Positions 49,318 through 63,400 of a DNA stretch of 64,000 nt are shown here, piece after piece. Under the pieces are notes generated by a model that was not told the origin of the DNA, ran no database searches, and was given only the letters and a program-made list of their open reading frames with translations. The translations under genes were made by a program, and so were the position numbers. The stretch comes from Raillietiella orientalis (lineage: Eukaryota): NCBI GenBank assembly GCA_036172245.1, contig JAYWIR010000008.1, positions 4,154,001 through 4,218,000 on the forward strand, given 5' to 3'. The stretch's first letter is position 1; each line of letters opens with the position of its first letter.

Positions 49318-51181
49318 TGATCTGATCCCCTCACAGGAGATCGGGCGTGCCGACGAGAGGGCGGGAGCAGAGGATGATCGGTCAGAGGGGTCGCGACCAG
49401 GGTTGCCTCTCCCCCCCAATATGCTTCCCAGGCTTGGCGACCCTCTCAGACTCTTCTCGGTTTCTGGAGCGGTGGAGAAGCTCGCCATCGCAGCCGTTGC
49501 TACGTAACGGGGACAGCAGGTCAGCTGCGCGTGTCCGGAGGGCACTTTCCCTTCTTTCCCTCTCGCTTGCGCGCGCGCGCCACCGAGGCGTTTCCGCTGC
49601 CCGCAGTCTCGTTTCCCTCCCCCTGACCCTCCACCCCTCCACCCCTTCTGGACCGCATTCCAAGTGGAAAGAAGCGGGGGAGGGGGAAGGAGAGAGGGGG
49701 GGAGTGTCCAGGTGTGCGTTTGGGGGGGGGGGAAGGGGGAGGAGCACCGGAGAGCGCGTAGCTCCTTGAGGAGGGGGATACGACCTGCCAAGCGAGGCGA
49801 CGGCGCTCACCACCGAGGGACACCACGGATCGTGGGCGGGGACGAAGGGGGTCCCAGCAGGGAGACGCCGGATCGCTTCTGCTTTCCGTGGAGGCAGAAA
49901 CCTACCTGTGCGCACGCGCCACCCGAGTCTGCTTTCCGCTTGTGGATCCAACCAGCCACTCTGGCATATACGCATCCGCGGGGCTGGACGGCGCCCAGGT
50001 TTCCATGGATCCGCTCCATCTTCCGTGTTCCTGCAGCTCTCGGGAAGGCCGGTCCAGGAGGCTGCGACGCCTCCGCCGAGCCTCGCGCACGCACTCGCGG
50101 ACGCTCTTCTGGCGCCCCAAGAACTCCGCCGGAGGAGTCCGGAAGCTGCAGCGCTTTCTGGAAGGCAGCGGCAGCTCTGTGGAGCCACAGAGCTCCACAG
50201 ATACTGGAGCACCTCTCTGTATCTTCTGTAGCTCTCCTCTCTGTGCAGCGTGCCTCAGGGGAGAGCCCGCACGCGGGGGTCTTCTTCTCCTGGCGGGAAT
50301 GGTGTTCATATGGCCTGCGGTCCACAGCCGCGAGCGGCTGCTGACTCCAGGTACAGTCGTTCTCTCTTCGAGAAATGACCGACTGCCCCTGTGCGCCCAC
50401 AGGACAAGCAGGGAAGGGGAGAAAAACTGCTGGCGCACCGGAATCCGCCAAAGGTGGGCTGGCGCAGCCGGAGATGCGGCCGGGAGCTCTCCCGTTTCTT
50501 TTCGCGTCTTCCCGGTCTGTTAGACGAAGAGGAGTAGGAGTAGGAGGGAGAGAGGGGAAACTCTGAACTTATCCCTGTGGAGGAGCTTCGAGGTCCCTTT
50601 GCTGTGGGGTGTCTGACCAACCGTGGGGCCCTCTCGACGAAGATCCTTCGGGAGCCGATCGATTTCGGGGGTCGGGGTGAAGAGGCAGTAGCAGTCACAC
50701 ATCCCTGAAACTTTCCGGAACTTGGGAAAGGACGGGGAGCGGCCGAAAGAGTGGCTCCCTCCATTACCGAACAAGGGGGGGATTTCGGGTAGGAGGGAGC
50801 ACGGGGGCAGGTTGCATTTTTCCATCCCCTCGGATCTGCCGCCCTGCGGCACGTGCGAGGGAAGAAGAGGAAGGTTGCGAGGGCTTGGGGCGCCAAGCGG
50901 ATCCCGAGCGGGGGACTACCGAGACAAGGAGGAGGGGAAAGGATGCAATGCCCTGGCAGGGATGCCGTAGGGAACCAGATGATCGTGACCCCCTCGCGGG
51001 AGATCTGGTGGACTGAAGGAAGAGGAAGGGACAATCAGCCGGAAAGGACATGACCGCAGGGTTCCCCATCCCCTCTCTCACCCTTCCCAGGTGCTCGACA
51101 GCCTTCCTGGACTCTTCCCGGATCTTGGAGCGGCCGAGAAGCTAGCCGCCGCAGCCGCTGCTACGCAACGGAGGCAGCTGG
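49318..51181 (+). repeat. Two diverged ~200-bp direct repeats (49318-49520 and 50980-51181), probably old LINE ORF2 3' fragments
   Basis: Colinear similarity: tgatctgatcccctcacaggagatc vs tgatcgtgaccccctcgcgggagatc, and gcagccgttgctacgtaacgg vs gcagccgctgctacgcaacgg. Translations DSSRFLERWRSSPSQPLLRNG vs DSSRILERPRS*PPQPLLRNG. The repeat is seen directly; the LINE origin is inferred. Confidence 0.6.
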
Positions 51182-54100
51182 AAGGATGGAGGAGCCTCGT
51201 CCGGTGGCAGTCGCGCGTCTCCGCTCCCCCTTGCCCACTTTCCTCTGCCTGAGGACGGATACAGGGAGGAGGAGACCCTCCCTCGTGTTCCTCTGGAAGG
51301 TGAAAGTCGATGCCGTGGACCCGGCCGCATGTCGAGGAGGAGAGCGGCCGAATGGCCCGACCCCGCGTGGCTCCGTGGGAGGTTGCCTCTTCTTCCATGA
51401 GAAAAGAACCCTCCAAAGACCCTTCCAGAGCCCCCTCCTCCCGCCAGCCCTTTTTTGAGTCTGACTGGGAACCATCAGCTCCCGTCCTCCCCCTCCTTCC
51501 CCTCCTTCCTCCCCATCACTTCCGCAGAGATCTCTCCATCCCTTGGGCTTTTTGGAGGGACGCAGGAAGAAATCTGGGACGTGTCCGGCGGCGAAGCCAG
51601 ACCCAGAGTGAGGGGGGGACCCGACGATCGCGGGGTCAGAGATCGGGGATCAAGGGTCTTGCAGGGAGCTTTCCGACTCTCTGGATCACGTGGCACACAG
51701 CTCAGCATGGGGGAGACGGCAAGGGGAGGGGAGGAAGGTTACATGGGCTCTCTCTTGGGCCGCACGTTCGGGAGCTCCGTCGAGAAGGACAGCCCCCGCT
51801 CCGAGGCGGCCTCGTCAGTGCCGAGAGGGCTCCTTCAGCCGCCTCCCTGCTCCCGGCGATAGCGCGCCCGCCCGCGTTCTGAAGGAAAACGACTAGCTAG
51901 AAAGCGAAGGACGCCCGGTTGCCCGGACAACGCAGACGGATCTCGCGTCGAGCCAGCCACCGTCGCGGAAGGGGAGCGAACCTCCCGGGAGGTCGACCGC
52001 ATCGTCTCCGTTGCCAGGGAGAGGAGGCCCGGCCCAAAAAAAAAAAAAGGATGGGGGGGAGGAAAAGATCAACCCGGACGCCCCCGAGCGATTTGCGACC
52101 GGTTTCCCCGAGGCCATCGCGTGGGCGACCGCTGCCCGGGAAGCGCGAGCACCGCCGTTCCTCTCCGGTAGCCTCTCCACGCCTGCTTTCTCGAGACCGG
52201 GTCGGGGAAGGGGCTGTGGGAGGCTGTGCCTGGAGCCGGCAGCCGCGGAACAGCTTCTCTTCGGAGAACGAGATCGAAGGTCAACCAGAAGAGAGGCGTG
52301 CCAGTAGGACGGGCCCTGGGGCGTTATGGGATTCTTCAGGAGCACCGGACCCGGAAACCTCCTTTCCCATCCCTACTCTGCCTCACCCACCCTCACCTGA
52401 GGAGAGCAGCGGGGCCCCTGCAAAGCGGGAGGGGGGCCAGTGGGCATCTGAAGTGGGGGGTGGTCCTCCCCCTGTACTCTGTTCTGCCGTCTTCCTCCCT
52501 CTAGTTCTCGGGAGACCCTGCGCTCTCGCCTGAGGGGAAGACCCGCCACCGGGAGCAGCCTCTCCCCTTTCCCTCTTCCTCCTAACCTCCTCCTCCCTCG
52601 AGGATCTCGGTGGGATGCTGGCGTTCCCCTTGCCGTTAGCAGCGCCGCGCAGACCGAGCGGTGCTGACGCCTCCCAGCAGCCCATCGGAGGCTCCGCCCT
52701 CTCTCGAACCGCATCCCTTTCTCCCAGCCGCACGGAGGGCTTCGCCGGAGGAGGGACAGGCGGTCAGGGTTAGTCAGAATCGGAAAAACGCTCTCCTGCT
52801 CCTCCCCCATGCGCGCGCGCTCACGTGTTTAAGGGAAAAGTGGAGGGGAGGGGGAGGAGGCTCGAAAATCCCCCCTTGGCGGCTGACTGCGTCTTTCGCA
52901 GGAAGAGGTCCCCGGAGCACTTCTTCCAGGCCTTTCGTTTTTCCGCTTTTTTGGAGTAGGACCGCGGGCGGGGACTCTGGACCTCCCAGGCGACAGTATG
53001 CTTTAAGGCGGCTACGATCGTCGCTCACACCCCCAGGCAGGTCGAGTTCCTTGGGGACGGAGAGGGTGGACTCATCCCCTTCATCTGCTCTTGGGTGGAA
53101 AGCAGCGGCGGCGGAGGGCCGCAGTACCTCTCCCTCTCGGCTTGCAATTGCTTGTTCTTCTTCCCTCCCTCCTCCCTCTGGGCAGGACGTCTGGGACGAC
53201 AGCTGGGATGAACGGTAAACTCGAGGGAGAAGGAGAAAGCAATCGCCACCACTCGGGACGGAGGGGACGAGGGAAGGCAGGCGCCTCTCGGCGAGGGGGC
53301 GGCTGGAAGTCCTGTCCTTCCTCTTTCGACGCCCCCTCCGGTCTTGGTCGCCACCACTGCTGCCCCAGCGCGTAGGAATGGCCTTAGGGATGCGGGGGGG
53401 GGGAGACTTTGGAGCACCCGAATCCACCGGAGGCGCGCCTGCGACGCGGCGGGACCTCTCACGTTTCCCTTCGGGCGTCTCCCCCTCGCCTCCCTCAGGC
53501 CGCTCTCTGAGGCCAATCTTGCAGCCAACTCTGGACCACCGCGTCCCTCCGGGAGGCTCGGGCGGAGGGGTGGAGCTGGCAGCGCGCGCGTCTCCTCTGG
53601 CTTCGGATGTTTCGGACTTCGGGGGCACGCGTCTGGTCAGGTGGTTTCCCTTCCCCTCTCCCCTTCCTCTCGTCCCCCTGGTCTGCTGCTCTGTCACTCC
53701 CGAAACGCTACAGTGACCTCTTCCGCCGAAAAGGAGTCGCCATTCCGACTCCTTTCCGGCGGAAGAGTCTCTCTCACTCTACTCTTCCTTTCCTTCATGG
53801 AGCAGAGGTGGGAAGGGGACCACTGTTTTCTCTCCTCTCATATCCACTTTCTTCATCTCTGATTGAAACCGCAGGACGGGCCCACTCGATCCGAATAGGG
53901 CACGTCGCGCTTTCCCGTCCACTTGCAGGACAAGAGAGCCCTTCCTCGCCTTCGTCCGGTGCGACACAGACTACGTGGTTTCTCAAAGGTGTCGCCGCTG
54001 GAATGCCTGCCTGCATGGCAACGCCTACTCCCCCTTCCCACCATTTCGACCAGCGAGGGGGTACGTGCGCCGGTGGGCAGCAGCCGACCTCCCTCCTTCC

Positions 54101-54439
54101 ACTTTCCCTTCTTCTCGATCCTCTCCCGTTGCCGCAGCCGACGACCAAGAGACCGCCGCAGCTCCCTGCCTCTCATTGGCTGCCGCTCGCTGCCCATCCC
54201 AATCGATGGAGGGTGCCATCCTGTGGACTCTGGTGGTACCGCAAAGCGAGGTGGCAGAGTTCCCCCTAGGGTCTTCCATCCAGGGACGCGGGAACGGGGC
54301 TGCTGGCGGGGGGACGTCTCTACAAGAGGCGTTGCAGACCGCCGGGCAGAAGGAGTGAGGCGCGCTGGACGAGGGCAGGAAAGGGCATTTCGCCCGAGGC
54401 TTCAGAGCCCGTCGCTCAAGCGGGAGGAGGGAAGTCGAT

Positions 54440-55092
54440 CCTCCGCCTCGGATCTCGTGCTCCCCGCGGGATGTGCCGAGTCGAAGGAGACGGGCAGAAA
54501 CCTTGCGGGGGGACTTGGTCTTCGGTGCTGTGCAGGGATTCGGTTACCCCCAGTTCGCCCACGTGGATTCTCGCAGCCGCGCGCTGTGGTCCCCCGCTCC
54601 CGTGGGGTCAGCTTTTCCCAAGGGAGAGCTGAGCCCACCCTCTTCGGTCAAGCTCTCCATCTCATGGTGGTCGTCCGCCTCGCCTAGCAACTACACGTGG
54701 ATCTCAACGAGGGTTGCTGAAAGAGAGTTCCGGGGACAGGTCGAGGCATATGGGGGGCACGCGGGTGGCTTCCCCCTTCTTATTCGAGGAACCCGACCGT
54801 GCGCTCGGGTGAGCAGGGGATATCTGAAGGATGACCTCACGCGGGAGGATGCTCTGGAGTCGCCCTCCGGCAGATGGGCGCGTCTCAACGGGAATCGCTT
54901 TCCTGTTCTGCCGAGGTTCATCCAGCTTCCCGCGTTCTTTCTTCTTGAGACGAGAGGGAGGAAAGCCTTGTTTCGTCCTTGAGGTTGAGAAACACACACA
55001 AAAAAAACACTCGGAAAAAAAAAAAAAAAAAAAAAAAGCAAAAGAAAGATAAGAAAAACAAAAACAAAAAGAGTTGAACCAAAAGAAAAAAA
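54440..55092 (+). mobile_element. Degenerate 3' end of a Tx1/L1-like LINE with A-rich tail
   Basis: Decayed motifs in the expected order (GCAESKETG; NYTWISTR; ARVSRGY...LESPSGRWA) followed by a ~100-nt A-rich tract (54989-55092). Motif matches are weak. Confidence 0.3.
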
Positions 55093-55162
55093 CCCTCATT
55101 CGGCCCTTGTGGTTGTACTAGAATGGAAGGCAGATTGCGCTTGCAATCAGCTTTACAAGATA

Positions 55163-55178
55163 ATTGGCTGTGACGTCA
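55163..55178. promoter_or_regulatory. Perfect CRE palindrome (TGACGTCA) next to an inverted CCAAT, ~730 bp upstream of the expansion-like ATG
   Basis: ATTGG at 55163-55167 and TGACGTCA at 55171-55178. Function is only inferred from position. Confidence 0.2.
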
Positions 55179-55902
55179 TCGTCGCAGTGTTCCACGAAGT
55201 AATACACTTTTCTCTTTTTTTCCGAAGGCATCCGGATAGCCGCCGAAATTTGTCCAGAACCGTTCTCGCATTACCTGGCTGACTGCGGAAGAACCGTTCT
55301 CTTGGGAAACATTCCCAATTACCAATGCAGTTTGTGGTCTCGGGTGTTGGATAAGAAGCAATTTCTCGACGAAGTTTGCGGCGGCTGAGCTTCGATCAAA
55401 AACATCCCGATTGCGAAATGGCGACCAAAAACATTAGGAACAAGCAAAAAGCATTCCTGCCATTTCTTTTCTTTTCCCCTTTCCCGTTCCGTAGAATTAG
55501 GGAATGCCTCCAAATCACTGGAATGTTCCATCGACGCGTATCCATTATTACTTATTAGCTTAATACGATAATGCCAGATTTTAGCAGGGAGAGAGCAAAA
55601 AAAGAAAAAAGGAAAAAAAAAAAAAAAAAAAGGAAAAAGCAGTGAAAGTGGAATTTCCCGAAATCGCTGAAAAAAACGCACACACACACGCGCGCAGAAT
55701 TCCTTTTTCGCGATCTGGACCCGCGCGCTGCTGCGTTCGATCCGTAGCGCCAGCGAGTGTCAAAATCACGAAAGAGCGGCGGCAGCAGTCGGTGGTGGGC
55801 GCAGTGCGGGAGTTTCAAAACCCCGGGCGCGCCGGGGCGAAAAATTTGCTCTATTCGATTTTCTTCTTCCAGATGTGACTTTCACCGGTGAATGATCCCG
55901 GA

Positions 55903-56749
55903 ATGGTGTCGAGGAGGAAAATCCTATCTCGTTCCATAGACGACGTGTGCTTGCTGGACGAAGGAGACGTTTGGTTAAATAAGGACAAACTGTATCAGGT
56001 CAGTGCTCTCTCTCTCTCTCTCTCCCCCCCCCCCCCTGCCTGTTCGGCCTGTTGACGGCGCCCGCCGCCGTGGTGCCGCTCCGCCGCGTGCACGGCACGA
56101 GGGATGCGACGAAGAGGAGGCGCTCCTCCTCTTCCTGGAAAACGCCGCTTTGGAAGCCGAAGGAAAGGAGCATAACACACGCACGCACACACATACACAC
56201 CCGGGCGTACACCTACATTCGTGGTCGAGAAACCTGCTGGACCAGCCGATGCCCCTTCATCAATTCCGCGCACGCAATAGGTGAGCTTCATTTGAAATTC
56301 AGATGCAGAAGAGAACGAAAGCGCAAATAAACATGCAAATGAAGCCTCAGACGCCAGATCTTCTCAAACAGAAAGATACATTGCAAATTCGCATTTGTAA
56401 CAAACGTTTGAATGAGCTGAGACAGCGCAGCGCTGCCAAAGGCTCTGATGCTGAGGACGCGCGCGATCCGGGACCGTTCTGACGTCGGGGCGGAGGGGCG
56501 ATCCGCGCGCGCGGTGCAGCAGCGATGGACGACCCCTCCACGCCAAGGGCGATGCCGAGCGCCCCCTTCCCGAGTACTCGGCCGCACCTCGGCGTTTCCG
56601 GTGCCATCGCTGGGTTTCTTCCTCCTCCTACGATCCGGCGAGAGTGCCCACGCTTTCTACGTGTTCGGTGATGCTGAGAGACCATCGATGAATAACAACA
56701 ACACACTCCAGCGATTTCACGAGTTCGCGGGAAGGAGAGACAGACAGAC

Positions 56750-56812
<63 letters not shown>

Positions 56813-57434
56813 TTTTTTTTTTTCTTTCTCCCTCCGATTGAAGAAAGAATCGGCAAATATGAGGTCCGTTACTTGGCTGCACACGCTACTCTACTTTCCT
56901 AACAAAAGGCAGGAATCCAGCACGCGCAAATTGCAAGGCAAACGTGTGGTTGCACTTAAGTATTTAAGCAAATAACATTCTGCTCTTTCGAGCTCTTCGA
57001 CTCGAGAGCGATCACAAGGACTGCGCTCATTTTGCAACTTTCGCACTCGTCGGATTAGCCGAAGAGGGAGGAAGAAGACGAGCAAGAAGAAAAGGGAACT
57101 CGCTCTTTCCCGCGCCGTTGTCATAGCGACGGTCGGACGAGATGCGCCGCACTCAAGAGCCGTGTGTTTCAGATGGCACGACCATTACTTCCTTCCTTCC
57201 TTCCCCCCCCCCCCCCACCCGCCTCTTGCTCCCCCCATTTCTTCCCGCGGCCCCAAATCGGCAACAGTTGCTTCCCCCCGTTTTTCCTTTTTTTTTTTTT
57301 TTTTTTTGCGTGTGTGTGTTCCAGTGTACATTCCCGGATTTTTAATTATGTGCAATCAGAGCGCGGGTAGACGTACTCCCAGATCTCCTTGGGACCGTTT
57401 TCCGCAGAGCATGATTGCGTTTCATCGGTAATAA

Positions 57435-57470
<36 letters not shown>

Positions 57471-60400
57471 GCTGCTTTTCGAAACGTTTCGTCATCTCGA
57501 AAGGCTTTGAGGGCATTGGAAAACCTTTAGGGAGTTTTTGCCACGGCGTCCACGGCTGCGACCCGGCGGGAATCCGTAGGGTTTCGAGAGCATTCCTCCA
57601 GACGCGCGCGTGATTTACGCGAAGCGTGCCGATCTATTTTTAGACCCCGGCATCGCCTTTCAGCATCTCTTCTCGGGTTTGCTGGAACACCTCCTCTCTC
57701 TTCGCTGGTTGCGGAGGATACGTAGGGCTTCCCTCTTCCTCCGCGTCTTTCTTTCTTTCTCCTTCCTCCTGATTTGGTTAATTAAGGAAGCGTCGCACTC
57801 CCGAATTTTCCGGTTGGAATTCACTCGCATTCATCTTCGGGTATTTTTGGCTTGGACCGCAGATCGCAAAATGGTGATTTACGCGTTCCCAGAGACACTA
57901 ATTACGAGGCTGCACTCTGTCTCATCGCAATAACAGCAGTGTCGGTTTTAATTGAAAGTTTCATTGAAATTTACTGCTAGGTAATAGAAAAATTTTGCGG
58001 TCTTCCTTTCGGCTGCAGGTAATTCGATCTAATTTACTTTCTCCCATTTAAGCGATTTGGTCAGTATTATTATAATAGGCACCTTGGTGTTATGTCACTG
58101 CTTTCCAGCAGCAGCAGCAGCAGCAGCGGCACGTCTCGTGTGCGTGCGTGCGTGCGTGCATGTGTGTGTGTGTGTGTGTGTGTGTGCATTTTCCCTCTCC
58201 CTCCCTCCCTCTTCCCTTCTACTTTTACTTGGAAGGTGCAAAGCAGCAGCGGAGTAACAGTTTTTCCCATCTTCCGTTAATCTCCGCGTCACGGCAACGC
58301 ACGGTAGGCATCGCCAACCTACGAGTTTGCATGCTTCCCGTTCCGCGCGTCTCGAATGACAATGGCTCGAGGAAGAGAAGCTGCGAGAGAGAGAAGAAGA
58401 AAAAAAAAAAGAGAAGAAAAGGAAGGAAGGAAAAAAAAAAAAAAAAAAAAAGAGGAAAAAGAAAGAGGCCTGTCCGTTTAAAGAACGGTCTCACGGTCAA
58501 CGGCAACACGAAGAGCGCGCGCGGCCCGCAGAGGGACCTCGGCGCTGCCGCTCGCGTGCTTTTTGTTTGCCGTCCGCCTCGAGTGCGTCGCTCGGTCCGC
58601 ACAGTTTCCAATCTTTCGCTACAGCAGCAGGCGAAAGTTGCCAGCCGAGCTGGCAGTGTTGTGACAGATGGTTTTTTTTCTTCTTCTTCTTCTTCTTTTT
58701 TTTTTTTCCCCCTCTTATTTCCGTCTTCCTTTGCAGAGGGGTCTCCGGCAATTAGAACTTCATTAAGAGCAATCCATTTATCTCACCAGTAGTGTGGCTT
58801 CCTCTTGCAGAGGAGCGCGGACGCGGGTTTTAAAAGCATCGGGGAATGCGCGACGCAATGCGTCCCGAGGACCGGGAGGGGGAAGGCGATGATCGGGAGA
58901 GGGCACAGGGTGCCTAGCTGGAAGAGGGCTCGTGGAGGAGGGGGGGGGGGGAGGAACCGGTTGGGAAGAATCGGACCTGAGATTGCGCTGCGCCCCGCCG
59001 CCTCCGGCCGAGCCTGTCCTTCTACGGTTGGCGGCGCCACTCTGGCACTGGCGCCCATCGCGCGCGCGCACTGAGCCCGGTGTGACCGAGCGATTTCCCG
59101 GGAGAATCCGAGAAGACGCGGGGGGTTTGAGTGCCGAGGAAATTTGGTTCAGACTTTCCCGCAAGAGGAGGATGGGAAGGGAGAGTGACCGCAGAGCCCC
59201 CGCCGCTCCCGTGAGGGGAGGGGGGTGTTCCTCTCTGAGCGGCACCATCGCGTGCGGTCGGACGGGAGGAGGCCCGGATCAGAGTCAAAGAAGGAGGCAA
59301 AGCTTTCGGGGTGCAGTGCAGCCCCTATTTCTTCCCCCACCGTCCTCCTCAGCGTGCTCTTCTACCCTTCCCCCTGAAGGAACCCGCTTGGAACACGGGC
59401 CAGCAGCTGAACCAGGGTGGTTGCCAGGCCGGCGATGCTTTCGCCCGCCACTCGCACCCCTCTTGCGGGAGCGCAGTTCACCACGGGCGTGAAAGAGCAT
59501 TGGGACGGCCGCCTCGACCTCGCCCACCGTGTGACTTCCCCTCCGCCAGGGAGCTCGTTGTCTCCACCCGGTGGGATGGCGATCGCTGTGCGGCTGCCGT
59601 TCACTCGCACCTATAACCCCGGAGGAACAGCTTTGCAGTGGTGCCTAAGAGGGAGGGGGGTGTATGTGAAGCACCTCCTCCACCCCGTCTCGCGATCAAA
59701 GGCGCGGTCCCTGCTGGATGCCAGAAGGTCGAAGAACACCGAGACGAAAGAGACGCTGGGACGAGAGCCTTCGAGGAGAACGGAAGGCAGGGGACCACTC
59801 CCCTGTGATGGCGCTGTCTCATCCAAGGGTCCGCCTGCGATGGAGGATTCCGGCTTTCGTCGCTCACGGGGGCAGCAGCAGGGGTCAGCGCGGGCTGCCA
59901 TCTGTGCATGGGGAAGCCTGCCCTGGCCTTCCTCTTGGAGTGTCCGCTCCGGCGACGCAGTGTCCGAGGAACCCTTGGCTCCGCGGCCCGGGAAGGGCGT
60001 TCCCCGCCGAGGTGCGCGCGACCTTCCGCTTCGCTGCTGCTGCTGCAGCGGCGGCGGCCTGCCTCTAGCGAGTGGGAAGGGAGAAGAAAGCGTGGCCGCG
60101 CGGAGACTGTAGAGTGCACCTGGTCGCGCGTCCCGGGAGCCGAAGCGGTGGGCTCATCCTTGCAGGCGGGTAGTGCCGCCGCCGGCGCGAGGAGACGAGT
60201 AGACGACAGGCAGGAGATCGGCAGCAGTCCACGTGACCGCCGCGAGTTGCGGTCAGTAGAACCAAGCGGGGATCATTCGTTGGTCATGGCGTCCAGATGG
60301 ACCTCGTCCGTGTGTCCCCAGAGGGGTGTCCTTTAGCCGATCTGCCGGGCTTGCACGGACGAAGGAGATCACCTGAGGGGCGATCGAAAGGCTTGTCCTT

Positions 60401-63400
60401 CGCCCTGAAGGTCAGGTCTGCGGTGTTGCGTGCGCAGAGTGTTTTTGCCCTTGTCAAGTGACCTCCCCGAGAGAAGGGTGCTGCTGCCGCTTTCGGAAGC
60501 CACGGCTGCCGAGTTCCCTCGACGGGTGGACCTCCCGGTTCCTCCGCCACCGTGTTGCCATGGATGCCCCCATCGCTCCATCAGCTCTTGCGCCTTTCGG
60601 CTTGATCCCGGATGGTGGAGAAAAGGGGAGAGCGAGAAGGTCACGGAGAAGAAAAAGTCACTCGCTCGACGAATGAGGGAGCAAGGAAGCTGCACTGAAG
60701 AGAACGAATGCTCTCTGCAGCGGAATTTCGGGACAGGCGGCAAGGTAGCGAGAGCAGGGGAGGGTTGCCATGGCTCCTAAATTCGTCGACCTTTTCGAAC
60801 GGATGTTTCTCCCTTCATCTTTTCCTTGAAGACCTTCCTTGAAGAAGAACGGGGCAGAAGGGGGGCTGTGCTAGGGGTGATCCCCCCCTTTCCTTCCCCC
60901 CCCCCTTTCCGGAACTTTCCCCAGGCGCTTCTGGGTGGCGCGCGGCAGCGTTAAGAGCGCGGAGGGGCGCAGCAGCTGGCTGGCGTCGAGCGCTCCAAGG
61001 AGGCTGTTTGGAAACAGCGGAGGAGGAGGGCCGCTCCCTCCTCCGCGACTGGAGCAAGGACGCCCGGCCTGGCCGCATAAGCGTGCTGCGTGCGGCCGAT
61101 GACGCCGTCGCGTGGGCACGCGCCAGACCCAGCACTCGCCCGAGGCTCCGTCTGTGTTTGTCGTGCCTTCCTTGCCCTGAGATCCGGGGGAAGTGCGCGC
61201 GCACAGGCTTTCCCATCCAGAAGCCCCGCATGGCTTCGTGCTCGGGATGCCGCCTCACGACCTCCTGCGGGGACCTCGCAATGGCGATGGCGCTAGTTGT
61301 CTCGCCGTCGCCGGGAGGTTTGCATCCGCGCGCGAGCTTCGGGGGGAGGGGGAGGACTCGCTTCTTCGGGGAGGGACCGACGAGCTCGACCCTTACCTCT
61401 CCTGTCGGAAGTCCGCCTGGAGGCGCTCTCGGGGGATTCCCGAGAGCTCCTCCGCTTTCCTGATGCGTGGCGCGGATCGCTCGAGGATCTCCGCCGCTGG
61501 TAGTTCTCCAGGGAGCCTGGAGGAGCGAGACGCAGGAACGGACGCTGCTGCCCATAACGGCGGGCGGCCTTGCATCTCAGCTACGGCTGATCCCTGGTCC
61601 CTTATACCCAAAGTGGAGGTTGTGCCCCCCGCCTATGCCCCGCGAGCTGCCCCACAGTCGAAGGCAGGCGCGCGGAGGTGGCGGCGAGCGGCTTTGCGAA
61701 ACGTCCGCTGCTGCTGCTTCTGCTGCACCGGTGTCCGTTCTGCTAATCACGCGGCGGTCGACCTGGGGCAAAGCTGACGTGACCGGACTTGACACCGAAG
61801 ACCAACGGCCATGGGGCTGTTTTCTTCCCCCACACTCCCTCCCCTTTTTTCTCCTCGAAATCATCGAAGAGAAGGGCGCCGGAGGGGCCTCCATGGGCAT
61901 CCTTTGTGCGGAGGACCACCCGCTCCGCCGTTGGATTTGCCCTTCTCTTCTTGCGGAGAGAGGGCGTTGCTTTCTGAGGGGAAAGGGGGTGGAGGGAAGA
62001 AGGCGGGAATCACCATCCCCCACTTTTTGTCGTGCAAAAGAAAAAAAAAAAAAAATTCATTGCTCCTCCCCTTCCCTCTTCTTTCAAGGACCACATCCAG
62101 GAGATCCTGCAGAAATGGCCACAGATCGATGACGAAATCTGGGGCAAGGTCATCTCCATGGAGAGGAACCGGAGGGTGGCCAAGGCGTACGCGAGGGCGC
62201 AAGTGATCACGGTCGACGGGTCCTCGGACGGCTTCGACGGGTTCCGGTGAGCTGGGGCTACGGGGGTCCCTCGGGTTCCCCGTCAGCGAGCGAGGGCAAA
62301 GGAAGAAGCAGATGAGAATGGGGGTGGGGGGTGGAGGAGGGAAGAAGGAAATGGGAGGGGGGGGGGAGAACGAGCAAGCAGGGTGGAGCCACATCGTGAC
62401 CAGCACAGTACCGCCCCTTCTGCAGCACCAGACGCGGACCCCGGAAGACCCTGCCGCAGAGCTCTCTGCGCGCTTGCGCCCCTGGCGGCGCAAGTGCTGT
62501 CCTCTCCCTCGCACCATCTGCTGCATTGCGCTCACACGCCCCAGATTATTGGATGGGAAAGGGGGCACTCTCGACCATTGCCTGCGGCAACGCGCTCCTG
62601 GCTGACCCGTCCCCCTCCGCCTCAGTCTCGCCTTGCTGTTCCAGGATCGGCCTGAGAGGATTCGAGAACCCCATGAGGGACCCACAGACGGAAAAGCAGG
62701 TCCAGAAGCTCAACGAGGTGAGTGCCTCCGGCTCCCACCCACCGCACTCGTCCCTACCCCACCTTCCTTGTTCCCGCGCCGACCTCAAAGTTCGCCTCCT
62801 CCCCATCCGTCTTGGGTCGCACGCCAGCGCCCCCTTCCCTCCATCTTCGCCATTTTTCGTGGGAGGAGAAGCGGAAACGTATGTGTATATGTGTGTGGGG
62901 GAAGGGAGTGGGCGAGGCAGCGCTTTTGACTCGTGGTGCTTCTCTTCCTCCATCCCATTCTATCCCTTTCCCCTGTTCGGCTGCTGCAGCATCCCGGGAC
63001 GCCCGTCCACTCCCATGAGAGTCCGGGAGAGGAGAGAGAGAACGACTCCTTCCCCCCTCGCCATTTTCCTCTCCCCCAAGGGTTTTAAGATGAAGATCGA
63101 CGATGACGGCAACATCCTCATCAAAAACCTGTCCAAGTGCTGCATCACGGCCCTCTGCTCGCCCCTGGATATGGACCCGAAGACCGGGACGCCCAAGCAA
63201 CCGGAGAAGGTGCTGGAGGTCAACAAGCCGACGAAGGTGAGTCCCTTCCTCTTGTTGGGGACCGGCAGAGAGGCGCGGGAAAAAGCCAGTCCGGCCCATC
63301 CTGGCACGTCGCGCGCTTTTCTCGGGAGCGGAAAGGGGGAAGCGAGGCGCCGCAGCCCTGTGACATCACTCGCTTGAGCGCTCTCCTCCGCGGTTCCTGT

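Noticed and set aside
58955..58962. Grainy head consensus AACCGGTT in expansion intron 1
   Set aside because: Biologically attractive for a cuticle gene, but a single 8-mer is expected about once by chance in 64 kb.
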